Source: a virus. From it: 64,000 nucleotides of DNA. The translations under genes were made by a program, and so were the position numbers. Location: the IMG/VR virus record IMGVR_UViG_3300027782_000035. One strand, 5' to 3'. Below the pieces are notes generated by a model, which saw nothing but the letters and a program-made list of their open reading frames with translations, was not told the origin of the DNA and ran no database searches. Shown here piece by piece: positions 37,277 through 47,610 of this stretch. How positions within the stretch are numbered: the first letter of the stretch is position 1; each line of letters opens with the position of its first letter.

Positions 37277-40144
37277 TTAAAAGCTAATTAGCGTTGATGC
37301 TACGAGTGTCTGTTCTGCTGATGAAGTAAACTTAGATCTGTTATCAATGTATACCAATTCCCCAGAATACTTGTTGAAATCAGGTTTGTTTATTGATGAT
37401 ATGGAGATACTATAACTATTACTTCCCGATATTTTATACACAGAATCACCAGTTGAAGGTAGATAGTTATCGTTTAACATCACTAACAAATAGTATTTAT
37501 CATCAATCTGAGACTTCTCAATGAGAGTAAATTGTTTAATTGATCCGGAAATAGAATAATAGAGCGTATCATCTAATGACAATTGCGAATACGTAGTAGT
37601 ATTAAGTGTATTTACATCACACGTAAATACGGCGCAAGGAGATCCAACTGCATTTCTATAAGAAGAATCTTCTGCAAAGATCTTTGGGTCTTTTAGAATA
37701 GTAATTTGACGATAATCGTTAGTAACATCAACACCTTTGTTTGTTTCTTTTGCAATCTTAGTCACAAACATAATTGTACTAGAATATAATTCTGACACTG
37801 CGTCTTTACCATGACCGCCTGGAGGAGAGATGATTGGTCTTAGTTGTGCTCCAGAACCTCCACCTCCACTTATACTTATTGATGCTATTGTATAACCAGA
37901 TCCTGCATTAGTTACGTTTATAGATACGATTTTACCGTTCGATATAACTGGAACTGCAGTACATCCACTACCATTTCCATTAATAGTTAGTACAGTATTA
38001 GAATCATAACCGTTTCCGCCATTTTCCACCTTAATTACATATATGGCGCCATCGACTGCTAATAATTCTACGTTAGACTGTTTAGTATCTAAATCGCCAA
38101 CACCAAACCCAAGTAAAATTGATGCTTTACTAAATCCAGAAACATATCCTTGATCATTACTAGGACTTCCGACTAAATCTGTATAGGGATTTTCAAGGTT
38201 TCCTTCTATTCTCTTTTTGCCAATAACTTCTATTTGCGCAAACGTATAACCAATCCCAGGTTTTGTAACAACATATCCACCGATTTCTCCTGCAGAAGTA
38301 AGAAGAGGAATTATCTCAGCTTCATTCTTCTGAGTAGAAGCGTTTAAGTTACAGGTAAATCCACTAGATGCTCCGCTACCATTATCCATAAGGGGCCCGG
38401 CAACAACGTTAGTTCCACTAGATCCTAATGTATTACCAAATATAAGAGGGAATGAGTAACCATAACCACCATCATTTACTGTTAAAGTGTCTACTTCGTA
38501 CGCTGTAATTCTATTAAAGGTTAATCCAGTAAATGTCCTAGCTGCAATAGTGTCAGTAGCAATTGCGCTTCCATCTATATTTGCAAGAGTAAATGTTGTA
38601 GAACCATTTGTCACAGTAATTTTATAAGTTTTTGGAGTCGTATATCCTGTTATAGATCCGGTTCCCGTATTAGTTCCGCTTATTACAACTTCTTGATTTA
38701 TCGCGAGAGATGTTGCAGTACAAGAGAATTGGCCCGTGCCAACAGTGCCAGCCGTCACGACTCCCGCTATTCCCATAGTCGTTTTTGTTCTAAACGCAGT
38801 ACTCACTGATGGGAATTTTCCGTATGGAAGATCTGGCGATGGCCATGTAAATAGATCACCGGCAGGTTTATTAATAAATGTTCCTCGATTAATTAAAGTT
38901 ATTGTCTTCAAGGAATATGGATTCTCTTCGTTGTAACCATCGCCAGTAACTTTAAGTTGCGTATACGCAGTGCTATATGTAACGTTATCATAATTTATAA
39001 TATATTCAAAACCACTACCTGCATTTTCAGCTGTATATGCTAATGTTGGAATTGGTTGACTTTCATATCCAGTTCCTGGATTTGTAATTATAACTTGATT
39101 TACAGCGCCGCTTGCTGTATATACTTGTGCAGTAGCACGAGTTCCACTATTTGGAGCAGGAAATGTTAGAGTAACACGCGGAATATAAAATTGAAGTCCA
39201 GTTAACGATGCCCCATTGCTAGTAACTATTGCAGCACCTGCCGATGTTGTTAACGTAAATGTTGTAGAACCGTTAGTAGCACTAATCTTATATGTAGTTC
39301 CATTTGTGTACCCATTAATAGGTGTTCCTGTTGGAGTTCCGGTTATAATAACTTGTTGATTCATTGCAAGAGATGTTGCAGCACAAGAAAATTGACCCGC
39401 GGTATTCGTTACAGATACGCTTGAAAGAATACTATCAGGGAATCCTACACCAGGAGTTTTAACAATGATATTTTTAATGCTCCACGTATTTGCAATGTAT
39501 CCTTTTCCTTTATTAGCAATAGATACAGTTTTAATCGCGCCACGTGAATAAAACTGATTTGTTAATGCCGTGGTTACGGGCATATGCGTTTTAGTTAAAA
39601 ATTTATTTCTTAACGAAAGAGGGATAGTATACATGAATTGCCATATATATCCATCATTCAATTCTATAGGCTCCACTGATGTGCCGGTTGGCATATGAGC
39701 TGAACCAACATTATTGTTATTATACAAACACTTGTATACGTTGAACTCAGTCGTTAAGACATAAAACTTTGCTTGATCTAAAGATGTAGCACCATTGTAC
39801 GATATGTTATCAGATGAATAATCGTCATACATATCGTACGTAAAACCAATGGACCAATTAATCCTATCAACAACAATGGCAACGTCGTTAGAATCAATAA
39901 GTTTAGCATATGTCATATTCTTGCGCGTTTCAAGTTCATACGGATATGAATCTGCAGGCGCAGGTGGAGAATCCTCGCTTGAAACAACGTACGTCTGATT
40001 ATTAGGATCAGTCGCAGTTACAGTTGGCCAAGGTTGAGGTCTTCCAAAAACATAGTAAAACCTAGATACTCGAGAAATAACCTCGAGAAATAATGATTTA
40101 GCGATATTAGTTTTTAATGAAAACTTTAATAGATTCGTTGCCAT
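37277..40144 (-). CDS. gp8: Baseplate wedge subunit gp8-like, expanded
   Basis: YDMYDD...FYVLTTEFNVYKCLYNN...PTG...DGYIWQFMYTI; ISPPGGHG.DAVSEL; YSGELVYIDNR. Confidence 0.85.
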   Translation of the reverse strand: MATNLLKFSLKTNIAKSLFLEVISRVSRFYYVFGRPQPWPTVTATDPNNQTYVVSSEDSPPAPADSYPYELETRKNMTYAKLIDSNDVAIVVDRINWSIGFTYDMYDDYSSDNISYNGATSLDQAKFYVLTTEFNVYKCLYNNNNVGSAHMPTGTSVEPIELNDGYIWQFMYTIPLSLRNKFLTKTHMPVTTALTNQFYSRGAIKTVSIANKGKGYIANTWSIKNIIVKTPGVGFPDSILSSVSVTNTAGQFSCAATSLAMNQQVIITGTPTGTPINGYTNGTTYKISATNGSTTFTLTTSAGAAIVTSNGASLTGLQFYIPRVTLTFPAPNSGTRATAQVYTASGAVNQVIITNPGTGYESQPIPTLAYTAENAGSGFEYIINYDNVTYSTAYTQLKVTGDGYNEENPYSLKTITLINRGTFINKPAGDLFTWPSPDLPYGKFPSVSTAFRTKTTMGIAGVVTAGTVGTGQFSCTATSLAINQEVVISGTNTGTGSITGYTTPKTYKITVTNGSTTFTLANIDGSAIATDTIAARTFTGLTFNRITAYEVDTLTVNDGGYGYSFPLIFGNTLGSSGTNVVAGPLMDNGSGASSGFTCNLNASTQKNEAEIIPLLTSAGEIGGYVVTKPGIGYTFAQIEVIGKKRIEGNLENPYTDLVGSPSNDQGYVSGFSKASILLGFGVGDLDTKQSNVELLAVDGAIYVIKVENGGNGYDSNTVLTINGNGSGCTAVPVISNGKIVSINVTNAGSGYTIASISISGGGGSGAQLRPIISPPGGHGKDAVSELYSSTIMFVTKIAKETNKGVDVTNDYRQITILKDPKIFAEDSSYRNAVGSPCAVFTCDVNTLNTTTYSQLSLDDTLYYSISGSIKQFTLIEKSQIDDKYYLLVMLNDNYLPSTGDSVYKISGSNSYSISISSINKPDFNKYSGELVYIDNRSKFTSSAEQTLVASTLISF

Positions 40145-40153
40145 TTAATTTAA

Positions 40154-40639
40154 TTAGCTAATTGTGATTGTCCAATTGATAGTCAATGCATCAGCAGCAG
40201 CTTTGGTAACTACGCTGAACACTGTACGGCAAAGCATGGTTCCATTAGTAACAGCTGTAAAAATACCAGCTTCTGTTAAAGCAACAGGGACCGTAGGAAT
40301 ATTTGCTGCGAATGTGGTAGAATATTTAACAGTCTTAGATGTTGCAACATCAGTGCCGGTGGTTTGACGAGCATAACCGTTACCAGACACTTCAGTACCA
40401 AGAGTTGAATCGCCTCCAACGCCTGAATTGACTGCGGTAGCGCCAGTACCAACGCCCATATGGGTCATAGAACCAGTTGGACTTGACGCGAATCTAGTAG
40501 CGATCCACGCTTTTCCACCATCAACAATAGTATTAGAGAAGTATTTTTCTTCTTTAATTTTGCCATTTGCATCAACTAGAATAATACCGACCGTGCCTTG
40601 AAGCTGCAGCGAATCTTTGTATTTTGGAATTAAAATCAT
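40154..40639 (-). CDS. Baseplate/tail-collar attachment-type protein
   Basis: NTIVDGG...MGVGTG...L.TE...R...TEAGIF...MLCRTVF..VTK...LTINWTI; AGGAG SD. Confidence 0.6.
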   Translation of the reverse strand: MILIPKYKDSLQLQGTVGIILVDANGKIKEEKYFSNTIVDGGKAWIATRFASSPTGSMTHMGVGTGATAVNSGVGGDSTLGTEVSGNGYARQTTGTDVATSKTVKYSTTFAANIPTVPVALTEAGIFTAVTNGTMLCRTVFSVVTKAAADALTINWTITIS

Positions 40640-40677
40640 TTGAGTTTCTCCTATTAGGAATTAAAAGTTTGTAGACG

Positions 40678-43600
40678 TTAGTCTAGTAAAGATCCAGGGC
40701 TGAGCAAATCTGTAGCAACACCGTACTCCTCTGCTGCATATGGATTTGCAACTATTGCACCTGCCATAGTTATATTTATTGCTTCTGTAAGACCCTTAAC
40801 TGAATTCATAACAATTGGGTCTGTCAGAGCAACGGTTTCGCTCATATTAGAGCTGTATGTCAGGACCAAGCCGCCGTTATCCGAAGACGTAGCACCTGAC
40901 GTGAATGGTTTTGAAAGAGTATTAGATAATTTTGACGTCGTTAACACTGGCATCAAAGTCATGTAATCGAGTAGAGTCCAGGTTTCAATAAACAATGGAA
41001 ATGCACTAGCCGATCCATATTTGCCATCAAACGTATTGCCGCGGCCTTGAGCTAATGCATTTGTCTGAAGCTGAAGCGATGTCATTCTATAAACTTGTCC
41101 ATTGCTGGGTGCAGTACCTACCGGTAGGTTACCATTTGCGCGATCGAACGTGAATTGTGCAGAACATGTAACAGTTTTAGCTACTACATCTATAGCAGTT
41201 ATCTTCCATCCATATCCATTTAGAATATAATAATAACTAGTAACGTCATATGAAGTATCTCCGTCTTCGCTTACTAAATCTCCTCCGGTAAATCCACTAC
41301 ACCATAAGTAATCTCCAACTGCTGCATTCAAGTTTGTAACATCACTCGAATTTGCAAAGGTGAACGTGCGTGTTCCAAAACTGTCTGAAGGATGCGTATA
41401 ATACCTGCTCACACCGCCTAAAGCATCTCCAGCAGCAGTTCTAGAAGAAGTCATCGATACGGTGTATGTTGCACTCTTAGGTTTGTAAGCAGTTACAATA
41501 TTTTCAATAACCTCACTTGCTATGTAATCCAAGGGAAAAGTCTGGCCTGAAAAATTAGTGTAAGTATTACCATTGCTAAATGTTGGAGTGTTTAGAGCAC
41601 CAAGTGGAGTAGAAGAATTTCCAGTAGTAGATTTACGCCTTGGAACATATAGACCATAACCAGTAAAGTCTTGTGTGCTATTTCCGTCAAGTGCTATTAA
41701 GTTACTACTAATATCAGAGAAGAATGATATGTTATCTGCTCGTGTTGCCGGCGTAGTATCGAACCCTGGAGAAAGTACGGTGTCGGTGAGTGGTTTAGTA
41801 GAACTCTTTATCATCGATACGACAGTAGCATTACCATTTACATCATAAATATTACTACCCTGAGCGAACGCAGTATCGCTGAAGTTAGGAGTAATACCTT
41901 TATACGGTGAATCTTCAAATGCTTGTGGGTCATTTATATTCTTTGCTAACGTATTAATGAATCCATTAATATCGCTTGCGCTAAATGCACCTGATGCTTC
42001 AATAGCTCTAGTCAGAGATGCTATAGAACCTAGAGTTATACTTTCATTTGGCATACCAAGAACAAATGACTTTGCTATATCTTCTGAATTATTTAGATTT
42101 ATAGTTTCAGTTAAACCCTTAAGTACATTTCGCACAAGGTCTATGTCCGAGAATAATACGCTGTCGCTTGCATTAATGATAGATTCTTTTATAATATCGG
42201 TGACTTGAGCAGATACGCTTTCTGTGAGTTCTTTAGAAGGAATTAGTGTAGGCGTACTATCAGTTGCCGTAAAGCTAAATGGTCCAAGTCGTAATAATGG
42301 TAAAATGAAGGCGATAGTAGATGCTAAACTTATATCATCGTCTACTCTCTTAATACTAGACATGCTGGATATCGCTGAACTAGAAGTTACAGGACTATCT
42401 TTACCAAGAGCAATACTCTTGGAACTTATACCAGAAGTTGGAGTTGTAAGAGGACTATCTTTACCAAGAGCAATATCCTTGGAACTTATACCAGAAGTTG
42501 GAGTTGTAAGAGGACTATCTTTAGCAAGAGCAATACTCTTGGAACTTATACCAGAAGTTGGAGTTGTAAGAGGAGTAGTTTTATTTAATATTGCGTTTAA
42601 CACTGCTCCAGACAATACTGATGTTACTGGTGATGAAACATTCTTTATCGCTTCTTTAGCAACTTCATCAGCAATAGATTGTGCCAAAGGAACAAACTTT
42701 TCTAGTATTTTACTCGATATACCTGATGTCGATGCAACACTACTCGATTCAATTTTTGTGAGTTCCTTTGCTACTATTTGAGTTACTATGTCTGATACAC
42801 TATGAGATAGATTTTTAATAAACTCTTTTATTATAAGATCATCAAGTGTTTGGGGACTAGTGGGTTGTTTGTAAAAATGCTTTACTATTTCAGTCGTTAA
42901 TGCAGAAGCTACACTAGAAGCAATCTTCTTGAAAAACAGTGAAGCTGCTCCTTGCGAAGAATATACAATGCTAGCGCCAGCTTCTGGAGACACAACCCAA
43001 TCTTGTAATATTTGTGAATACGTAGTCGTATAACTAGAATAAGATTCTCCTCTATCGCTAATACTAAATGTGTCTGCGCCATCGGTTGGCAATTGTAGTA
43101 CAGATTGAACGAGAACAGATCTAGCCGCAACGTTAATGATGTTGGTTATATTATACTCGGCAAATAATTTCATTCCGGCCGGATGTATTAATGCCTTTAC
43201 GATATCTGCGTATTTTCTAAGTTCTTCTTCTACTTTAATAACATAAGAAAATGCCTGATAATACTCTCCATCGTGAATATACATCTCATCAGATATAAAC
43301 CCATCAGATGTAGAATAATAACCTGGATATTTTGCAACTGCACCTAAATCGACTTGAATGATAGCTAAATCTTCTTTTATAGAATTATCGCTCTCATCAT
43401 AAAACGATCCTACAACTTCACCAACGTATGATCCATCTGCGAAAAGACGATCTGATGAATAGCTAGTTGACGCAATAGGAATATTCGTATCATCATAGAA
43501 ATATATCTGACGTGATGCATATCCGTAATTTGCTGTATTATCTAAAGGATCAGTATATGCGGGAGTCCACGTTGGTGTTGGATGATTTAGTCTAGCTGGA

Positions 43601-44451
43601 TGAACATATTCATATGCAATATCTCGAACGCTCGATAGATATGAATAAAATGTACTTACATAATCTAATCCAAATTTAATAAGCTGTATTGCCTTTATAC
43701 CACCATTCGAATCTATCTTTGTCACTTTAATAGTGCAACCTTGACCAAGTGCCGTCTTTAACGAGAAGATATCTCCGACCTTAAATCCACTTCCTGGCTG
43801 AAATATAGACACTTTAGAAGGACACGGCAAAACTACACCAGTATATGTTACACTGTCAATAGTTACAGACGCTATAGAACCTACTGTAATATTATTCTGA
43901 TATTCTCTTTCAATGAATACTTCGAATGTATCATTAGTGTATTCGGCGACGTTAGAAACATAAGTGGTAATGACTTTACTAGAAGTCGTTATCGTTATGA
44001 ATTTTCCTTCTAATGGAAATAGATTTTGCGTTGTGCCAGTAACTTTTAAGAAAATAGAAACATCTTGCTTCCATTTGCCATCCGACACTCGTAGTATTTG
44101 CGTGGAAGGATAAAATAATTCTGCTTCTTTTTCAAATAATGTTCTGAATAGGAACTTATAAGATTCTTCACTACCTCGTGATAGATAAAAATCACGTATA
44201 TTTTTCAATAAAAGACGCTTGTCAGAAACATTGTTTAGAGGAATGTTTTTAGCTAACTCCGATTTAAAGCTGTCAATAAATTCATCTAGCGAAGTATCTA
44301 TGTCACGAATTTTCTCGAGCTCTACGACTTGAGATTCTTGCATAAACTCATAATAGAGTTTAACAAATTCTACTAATAGTGGATAATTTTCTCTAATATG
44401 TTCAGGAAACTGTCGCTGAACTATATTGGATAATTTTGCTTTGTTTGACAT
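40678..44451 (-). CDS. gp7: Baseplate wedge initiator gp7-like with a long repetitive C-terminal extension
   Basis: QFPEHIRENYPLLVEFVKLYYEF; FYLSRGSEESYKFLFRTLF; DGEYYQAFSYVIK...HPAGMKLF; directly after gp6. Confidence 0.8.
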   Translation of the reverse strand: MSNKAKLSNIVQRQFPEHIRENYPLLVEFVKLYYEFMQESQVVELEKIRDIDTSLDEFIDSFKSELAKNIPLNNVSDKRLLLKNIRDFYLSRGSEESYKFLFRTLFEKEAELFYPSTQILRVSDGKWKQDVSIFLKVTGTTQNLFPLEGKFITITTSSKVITTYVSNVAEYTNDTFEVFIEREYQNNITVGSIASVTIDSVTYTGVVLPCPSKVSIFQPGSGFKVGDIFSLKTALGQGCTIKVTKIDSNGGIKAIQLIKFGLDYVSTFYSYLSSVRDIAYEYVHPARLNHPTPTWTPAYTDPLDNTANYGYASRQIYFYDDTNIPIASTSYSSDRLFADGSYVGEVVGSFYDESDNSIKEDLAIIQVDLGAVAKYPGYYSTSDGFISDEMYIHDGEYYQAFSYVIKVEEELRKYADIVKALIHPAGMKLFAEYNITNIINVAARSVLVQSVLQLPTDGADTFSISDRGESYSSYTTTYSQILQDWVVSPEAGASIVYSSQGAASLFFKKIASSVASALTTEIVKHFYKQPTSPQTLDDLIIKEFIKNLSHSVSDIVTQIVAKELTKIESSSVASTSGISSKILEKFVPLAQSIADEVAKEAIKNVSSPVTSVLSGAVLNAILNKTTPLTTPTSGISSKSIALAKDSPLTTPTSGISSKDIALGKDSPLTTPTSGISSKSIALGKDSPVTSSSAISSMSSIKRVDDDISLASTIAFILPLLRLGPFSFTATDSTPTLIPSKELTESVSAQVTDIIKESIINASDSVLFSDIDLVRNVLKGLTETINLNNSEDIAKSFVLGMPNESITLGSIASLTRAIEASGAFSASDINGFINTLAKNINDPQAFEDSPYKGITPNFSDTAFAQGSNIYDVNGNATVVSMIKSSTKPLTDTVLSPGFDTTPATRADNISFFSDISSNLIALDGNSTQDFTGYGLYVPRRKSTTGNSSTPLGALNTPTFSNGNTYTNFSGQTFPLDYIASEVIENIVTAYKPKSATYTVSMTSSRTAAGDALGGVSRYYTHPSDSFGTRTFTFANSSDVTNLNAAVGDYLWCSGFTGGDLVSEDGDTSYDVTSYYYILNGYGWKITAIDVVAKTVTCSAQFTFDRANGNLPVGTAPSNGQVYRMTSLQLQTNALAQGRGNTFDGKYGSASAFPLFIETWTLLDYMTLMPVLTTSKLSNTLSKPFTSGATSSDNGGLVLTYSSNMSETVALTDPIVMNSVKGLTEAINITMAGAIVANPYAAEEYGVATDLLSPGSLLD
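42390..42575. repeat. 60-bp in-frame tandem repeat (~3 copies; 20-aa unit TTPTSGISSKSIALGKDSPL)
   Basis: ggaacttataccagaagttggagttgtaagagga recurs at 42421, 42481 and 42541. Confidence 0.9.
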
Positions 44452-46283
44452 TAGTTTCTACTTGATGTAAACTTATAATTAGTTCCGCCAGCATATGTTC
44501 CAGAAGACTGTAGATCCTCAACAACGCTAACTGTTATTCTGTTATCAGGTATATTTACGATTTGGTTTCTTATTGATGCTACGTCGTATGATTGTGTCTT
44601 TATAATAAAGTAAAAGTTAGCATCTACTAAATTAACAATTGTCAAACCTTTGACATATATGTAACCATTTTTATAATCAATTGTTCCTATGGCGGGATTT
44701 TTAATAGACTTCTCGCCAGTTCCTTCTATGATCGTATATAGACGAATATTGCCAACCCCGTCATCGTCTAGGTAATATATGATATCAGTAGAGTCTATAT
44801 AAAATCCAGTAGTAGAAAATGCTTCTTCTGGAACAGATGCACTATAGATAGGATTTACTAGATTAAGTTTATATTCTGAATATGTATTATATTTAGGTAT
44901 AACTTCGCAATAAGCTTTAAACGTTGTTATACTACTTTCTATCGACTGATCTGTAGCATCTATTACAGAAGAAAATTTTGACATTCTAAAAACACCGTCA
45001 AACTTTTGTAAGTACGTATCATTGTAATTCTGAATAGCGTTAGTCACTGCTGTAATGAGTTGATCTGCAGATCTAGTTGTCTTATTCTTATTATAATACA
45101 CAGTTGTGTTAACTACCAAATCAATATACGAAGGATCTACAATTTGCGGTGACACAGAAACTATATTTCTAGATTTCAATATAGTTTCTGTAATATATGT
45201 TTTTTCAGATGGTGTTAAATATGGTTGATTCCTAGGCTTAATTGAAATAAACACTCTTCCATATTGAGGAGGATTATTATCCTCTCCACCCCATACACTG
45301 ATAGAATCTAAATTTGGATATAGTCTTGTAATGATAGAACTATAATCATTCGGCGTAACAGCCCTATTTTGATTATAATATGTTTTAGAAACATTGTATT
45401 TAATTTGGTCAACAGTTTCTTTATCTTGTCCACCGAGTGCAGATGATAGTGTAGAAGATGTAACGACACCACCTATTCCTTCACCAGTATATGTGAATAG
45501 AGAAGCACCATTTGGAGCATCTTTGCTACAAACCAAATATTGAACTGTCACAATATTACCTATTGCAATTGGTGTGCCTAAGCCATTTGAACCAAATGAA
45601 ACTTGATATGTAGAATCTTCAAGTTCTTTTATATAATACACTTTGCTATCAGGCGTTAAAGAAATGATATCACTAGCTAGTGTATATTTTTCATAGTCAG
45701 GTTGTTCACCAGTAAGTTGTACTGTAACGGATAAAGTTGAAGTATCAACGTCTGAATTTGGAAGAACAAATTTCTGATTTAATTCTGTGCATATGAACAC
45801 GAATGTCTGAGGTATTCCTTCATAAATTTTTACAGAAGGATAATAATAAATGTTAGCATTTCTTTCAGCTACATAATCTTGTAAAGTGTAAAACACATAA
45901 GGAATGCTATTATAAGTCGTAGAAAACGCCGAAAATTTAGGAATATATTTTAACTGTGCAGTCGCGTTTTGCTGATTTACTGTGACACTTAATGTAGCCT
46001 CAGAACTCTTTGCCGAGGTTGGCGTGTACGCATAATTATTAGCTATAGATACTACACTACTTCTCTTACTAGCTGAATCGAGAAACATTTCGTTAACAGC
46101 TAAGTTAGTGTAAAGCGCGTTATAATGCGTATTATAAGCAAGCAAATCGATTACCGTAGAAAGAGCAGATCCTTCGAAATCATAATCACTAAACTGTGAT
46201 TGACCTCGCATAAAAGTCTTTAGGTTTTCTCGTATCTGATTGTAATCTAGTTCAGATACTTGTATTCTGTTATTGGTGCTCAT
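44451..46283 (-). CDS. gp6: Baseplate wedge subunit gp6
   Basis: ELDYNQIRENLKTF...FSDYDFEGSALS..IDLLAYNTHYN; QNRAVT..DY; VWGGEDNNPPQYGRVFISIKP. Confidence 0.95.
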   Translation of the reverse strand: MSTNNRIQVSELDYNQIRENLKTFMRGQSQFSDYDFEGSALSTVIDLLAYNTHYNALYTNLAVNEMFLDSASKRSSVVSIANNYAYTPTSAKSSEATLSVTVNQQNATAQLKYIPKFSAFSTTYNSIPYVFYTLQDYVAERNANIYYYPSVKIYEGIPQTFVFICTELNQKFVLPNSDVDTSTLSVTVQLTGEQPDYEKYTLASDIISLTPDSKVYYIKELEDSTYQVSFGSNGLGTPIAIGNIVTVQYLVCSKDAPNGASLFTYTGEGIGGVVTSSTLSSALGGQDKETVDQIKYNVSKTYYNQNRAVTPNDYSSIITRLYPNLDSISVWGGEDNNPPQYGRVFISIKPRNQPYLTPSEKTYITETILKSRNIVSVSPQIVDPSYIDLVVNTTVYYNKNKTTRSADQLITAVTNAIQNYNDTYLQKFDGVFRMSKFSSVIDATDQSIESSITTFKAYCEVIPKYNTYSEYKLNLVNPIYSASVPEEAFSTTGFYIDSTDIIYYLDDDGVGNIRLYTIIEGTGEKSIKNPAIGTIDYKNGYIYVKGLTIVNLVDANFYFIIKTQSYDVASIRNQIVNIPDNRITVSVVEDLQSSGTYAGGTNYKFTSSRN

Positions 46284-46672
46284 CTAGTTCTCTCTAGGAT
46301 TAAATTGATGTTTAGTGGCGTTTCCGTATTCTTCAACTTAAACGCTATGCTGATGTATGCAGTATTATTTTCTGGACTAAATTTAACTGAAATGTTAAGA
46401 AGATTTACTCTTGGTTCGTAATTAACTATCGTATCTGCGATAGTTCTTTCTATCATAGAAGTTAAAAGCGGTGAGATTGGTTCAAAAAGAAGACCCTTGA
46501 CTTGACATCCAATATCACTTCTAAATGGTCTTTCAAAGTTTTGGGTAAGAATTAGATTTCGTATAGACTGTTTCACTGCATCTTCATCATAACGCGTGAC
46601 AACATCTGACGTTGCTGGATGCAAGCCAAAATTGAAGTCTAGATCTGAAAATGTTCTTGTATTTCGTGCCAT
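46280..46672 (-). CDS. gp25: Baseplate wedge subunit gp25
   Basis: FSDLDFNF...AVKQSIRNLILT...ERPF...IG...LLFE...NYEPRV...LERTR. Confidence 0.95.
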   Translation of the reverse strand: MARNTRTFSDLDFNFGLHPATSDVVTRYDEDAVKQSIRNLILTQNFERPFRSDIGCQVKGLLFEPISPLLTSMIERTIADTIVNYEPRVNLLNISVKFSPENNTAYISIAFKLKNTETPLNINLILERTR

Positions 46673-46679
46673 ATTCTTT

Positions 46680-46687
46680 TATTTATT
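46680..46687 (-). promoter_or_regulatory. Late promoter AATAAATA upstream of gp25
   Basis: Intergenic ATAAATA core 7 nt before the gp25 ATG. Confidence 0.6.
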
Positions 46688-46691
46688 TGAT

Positions 46692-46720
46692 TTTACAGGA
46701 CATCCAAGCTGTGGTATAAT
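46692..46720 (+). promoter_or_regulatory. Sigma70-like promoter (TTTACA-17-TATAAT, extended -10 TG), antisense to PAAR/gp5
   Basis: TTTACA at 46692-46697, 17-nt spacer ending TGG, TATAAT at 46715-46720. Confidence 0.6.
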
Positions 46721-46735
46721 GTATCTTCGATACTG

Positions 46736-47047
46736 TCAGTTACTAAAAACTCTAGGTGCACCGGAAATAATAGTGTTATCTCCATACTTGTCACCAATAC
46801 GACCTATCTTTTTTCCATTAGCAGAAACCCGAGAAGAAAAACTACTTAAAGTGGATATGTCTGGTACGCAGCCAGACTTATTGTGTACTCCTACTAAATC
46901 ACTAGCTACGACAATAGGACTTCCCATTGCAGTGACTCTAGTCTGACTAGGAACTCCGGTATTTGTAGTCATTGGCTGTCTACACTTATATCCTATTCCA
47001 TCAGGAGAAAATACAGAATCTGTGCCGGCACGAGCTACTGCTGGCAT
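46736..47047 (-). CDS. PAAR-like spike tip protein (gp5.4-like)
   Basis: MPAVARAGTD...H...SSRVSANGKKIGRIGD...GAPRVF; downstream of gp5. Confidence 0.8.
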   Translation of the reverse strand: MPAVARAGTDSVFSPDGIGYKCRQPMTTNTGVPSQTRVTAMGSPIVVASDLVGVHNKSGCVPDISTLSSFSSRVSANGKKIGRIGDKYGDNTIISGAPRVFSN

Positions 47048-47610
47048 TATATTGTTCCTTTAGCTAATGCAATTGCAAATCCCTGCAACGCTGGTATATA
47101 GTTCCAATATACATCTTGCAAAATAGTTATAGTTTCTTGTTCTTGTTGATTTAAGTTATTCATATATTTGAAAGCTATGACGTATGGTACATCATATAAT
47201 ATTTTAGTGGATGGAGGAGACCAACGCACAACTGCTAGTATCGGTTCGGTTGTATTACTCGGTAACACTTTTAAAGTATTATCTTTCATAACAAATTGAT
47301 AAAACGAATCTGTGAACACTTGCGTTGGAGATCCACTTATACGTATCTTATCTCCATTCTTGCTTATGCTAATTCCAGAAGGAGCATTAGTATTTACTAT
47401 ACTGGTGACTGGAACATCTGAATAGGTAATCTCTTCGCCTATACCTATTCCTAATTGAATTCCTATGTCAATTGAAAATTGACCACCATCTTCATATGCT
47501 CCTTCTAAAGCATTTGCTGGCAGGCCAGCGCCTTCAATATCGTTATATCTCGAAGGAATCGCTGGAACTGGAAAGCCAGCCGCATTACTCTTAACTATTC
47601 TAAGTGCCAA
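47047..47610 (-). CDS. Conserved protein between gp5 and PAAR (gp5.1 position)
   Basis: Synteny and translational coupling only. Confidence 0.5.
   Translation of the reverse strand: MALRIVKSNAAGFPVPAIPSRYNDIEGAGLPANALEGAYEDGGQFSIDIGIQLGIGIGEEITYSDVPVTSIVNTNAPSGISISKNGDKIRISGSPTQVFTDSFYQFVMKDNTLKVLPSNTTEPILAVVRWSPPSTKILYDVPYVIAFKYMNNLNQQEQETITILQDVYWNYIPALQGFAIALAKGTI

Noticed and set aside
42390-42575. Regular 60-bp repeats as a CRISPR array
   Set aside because: Units are contiguous with no unique spacers, are in frame within gp7, and no cas genes are present.
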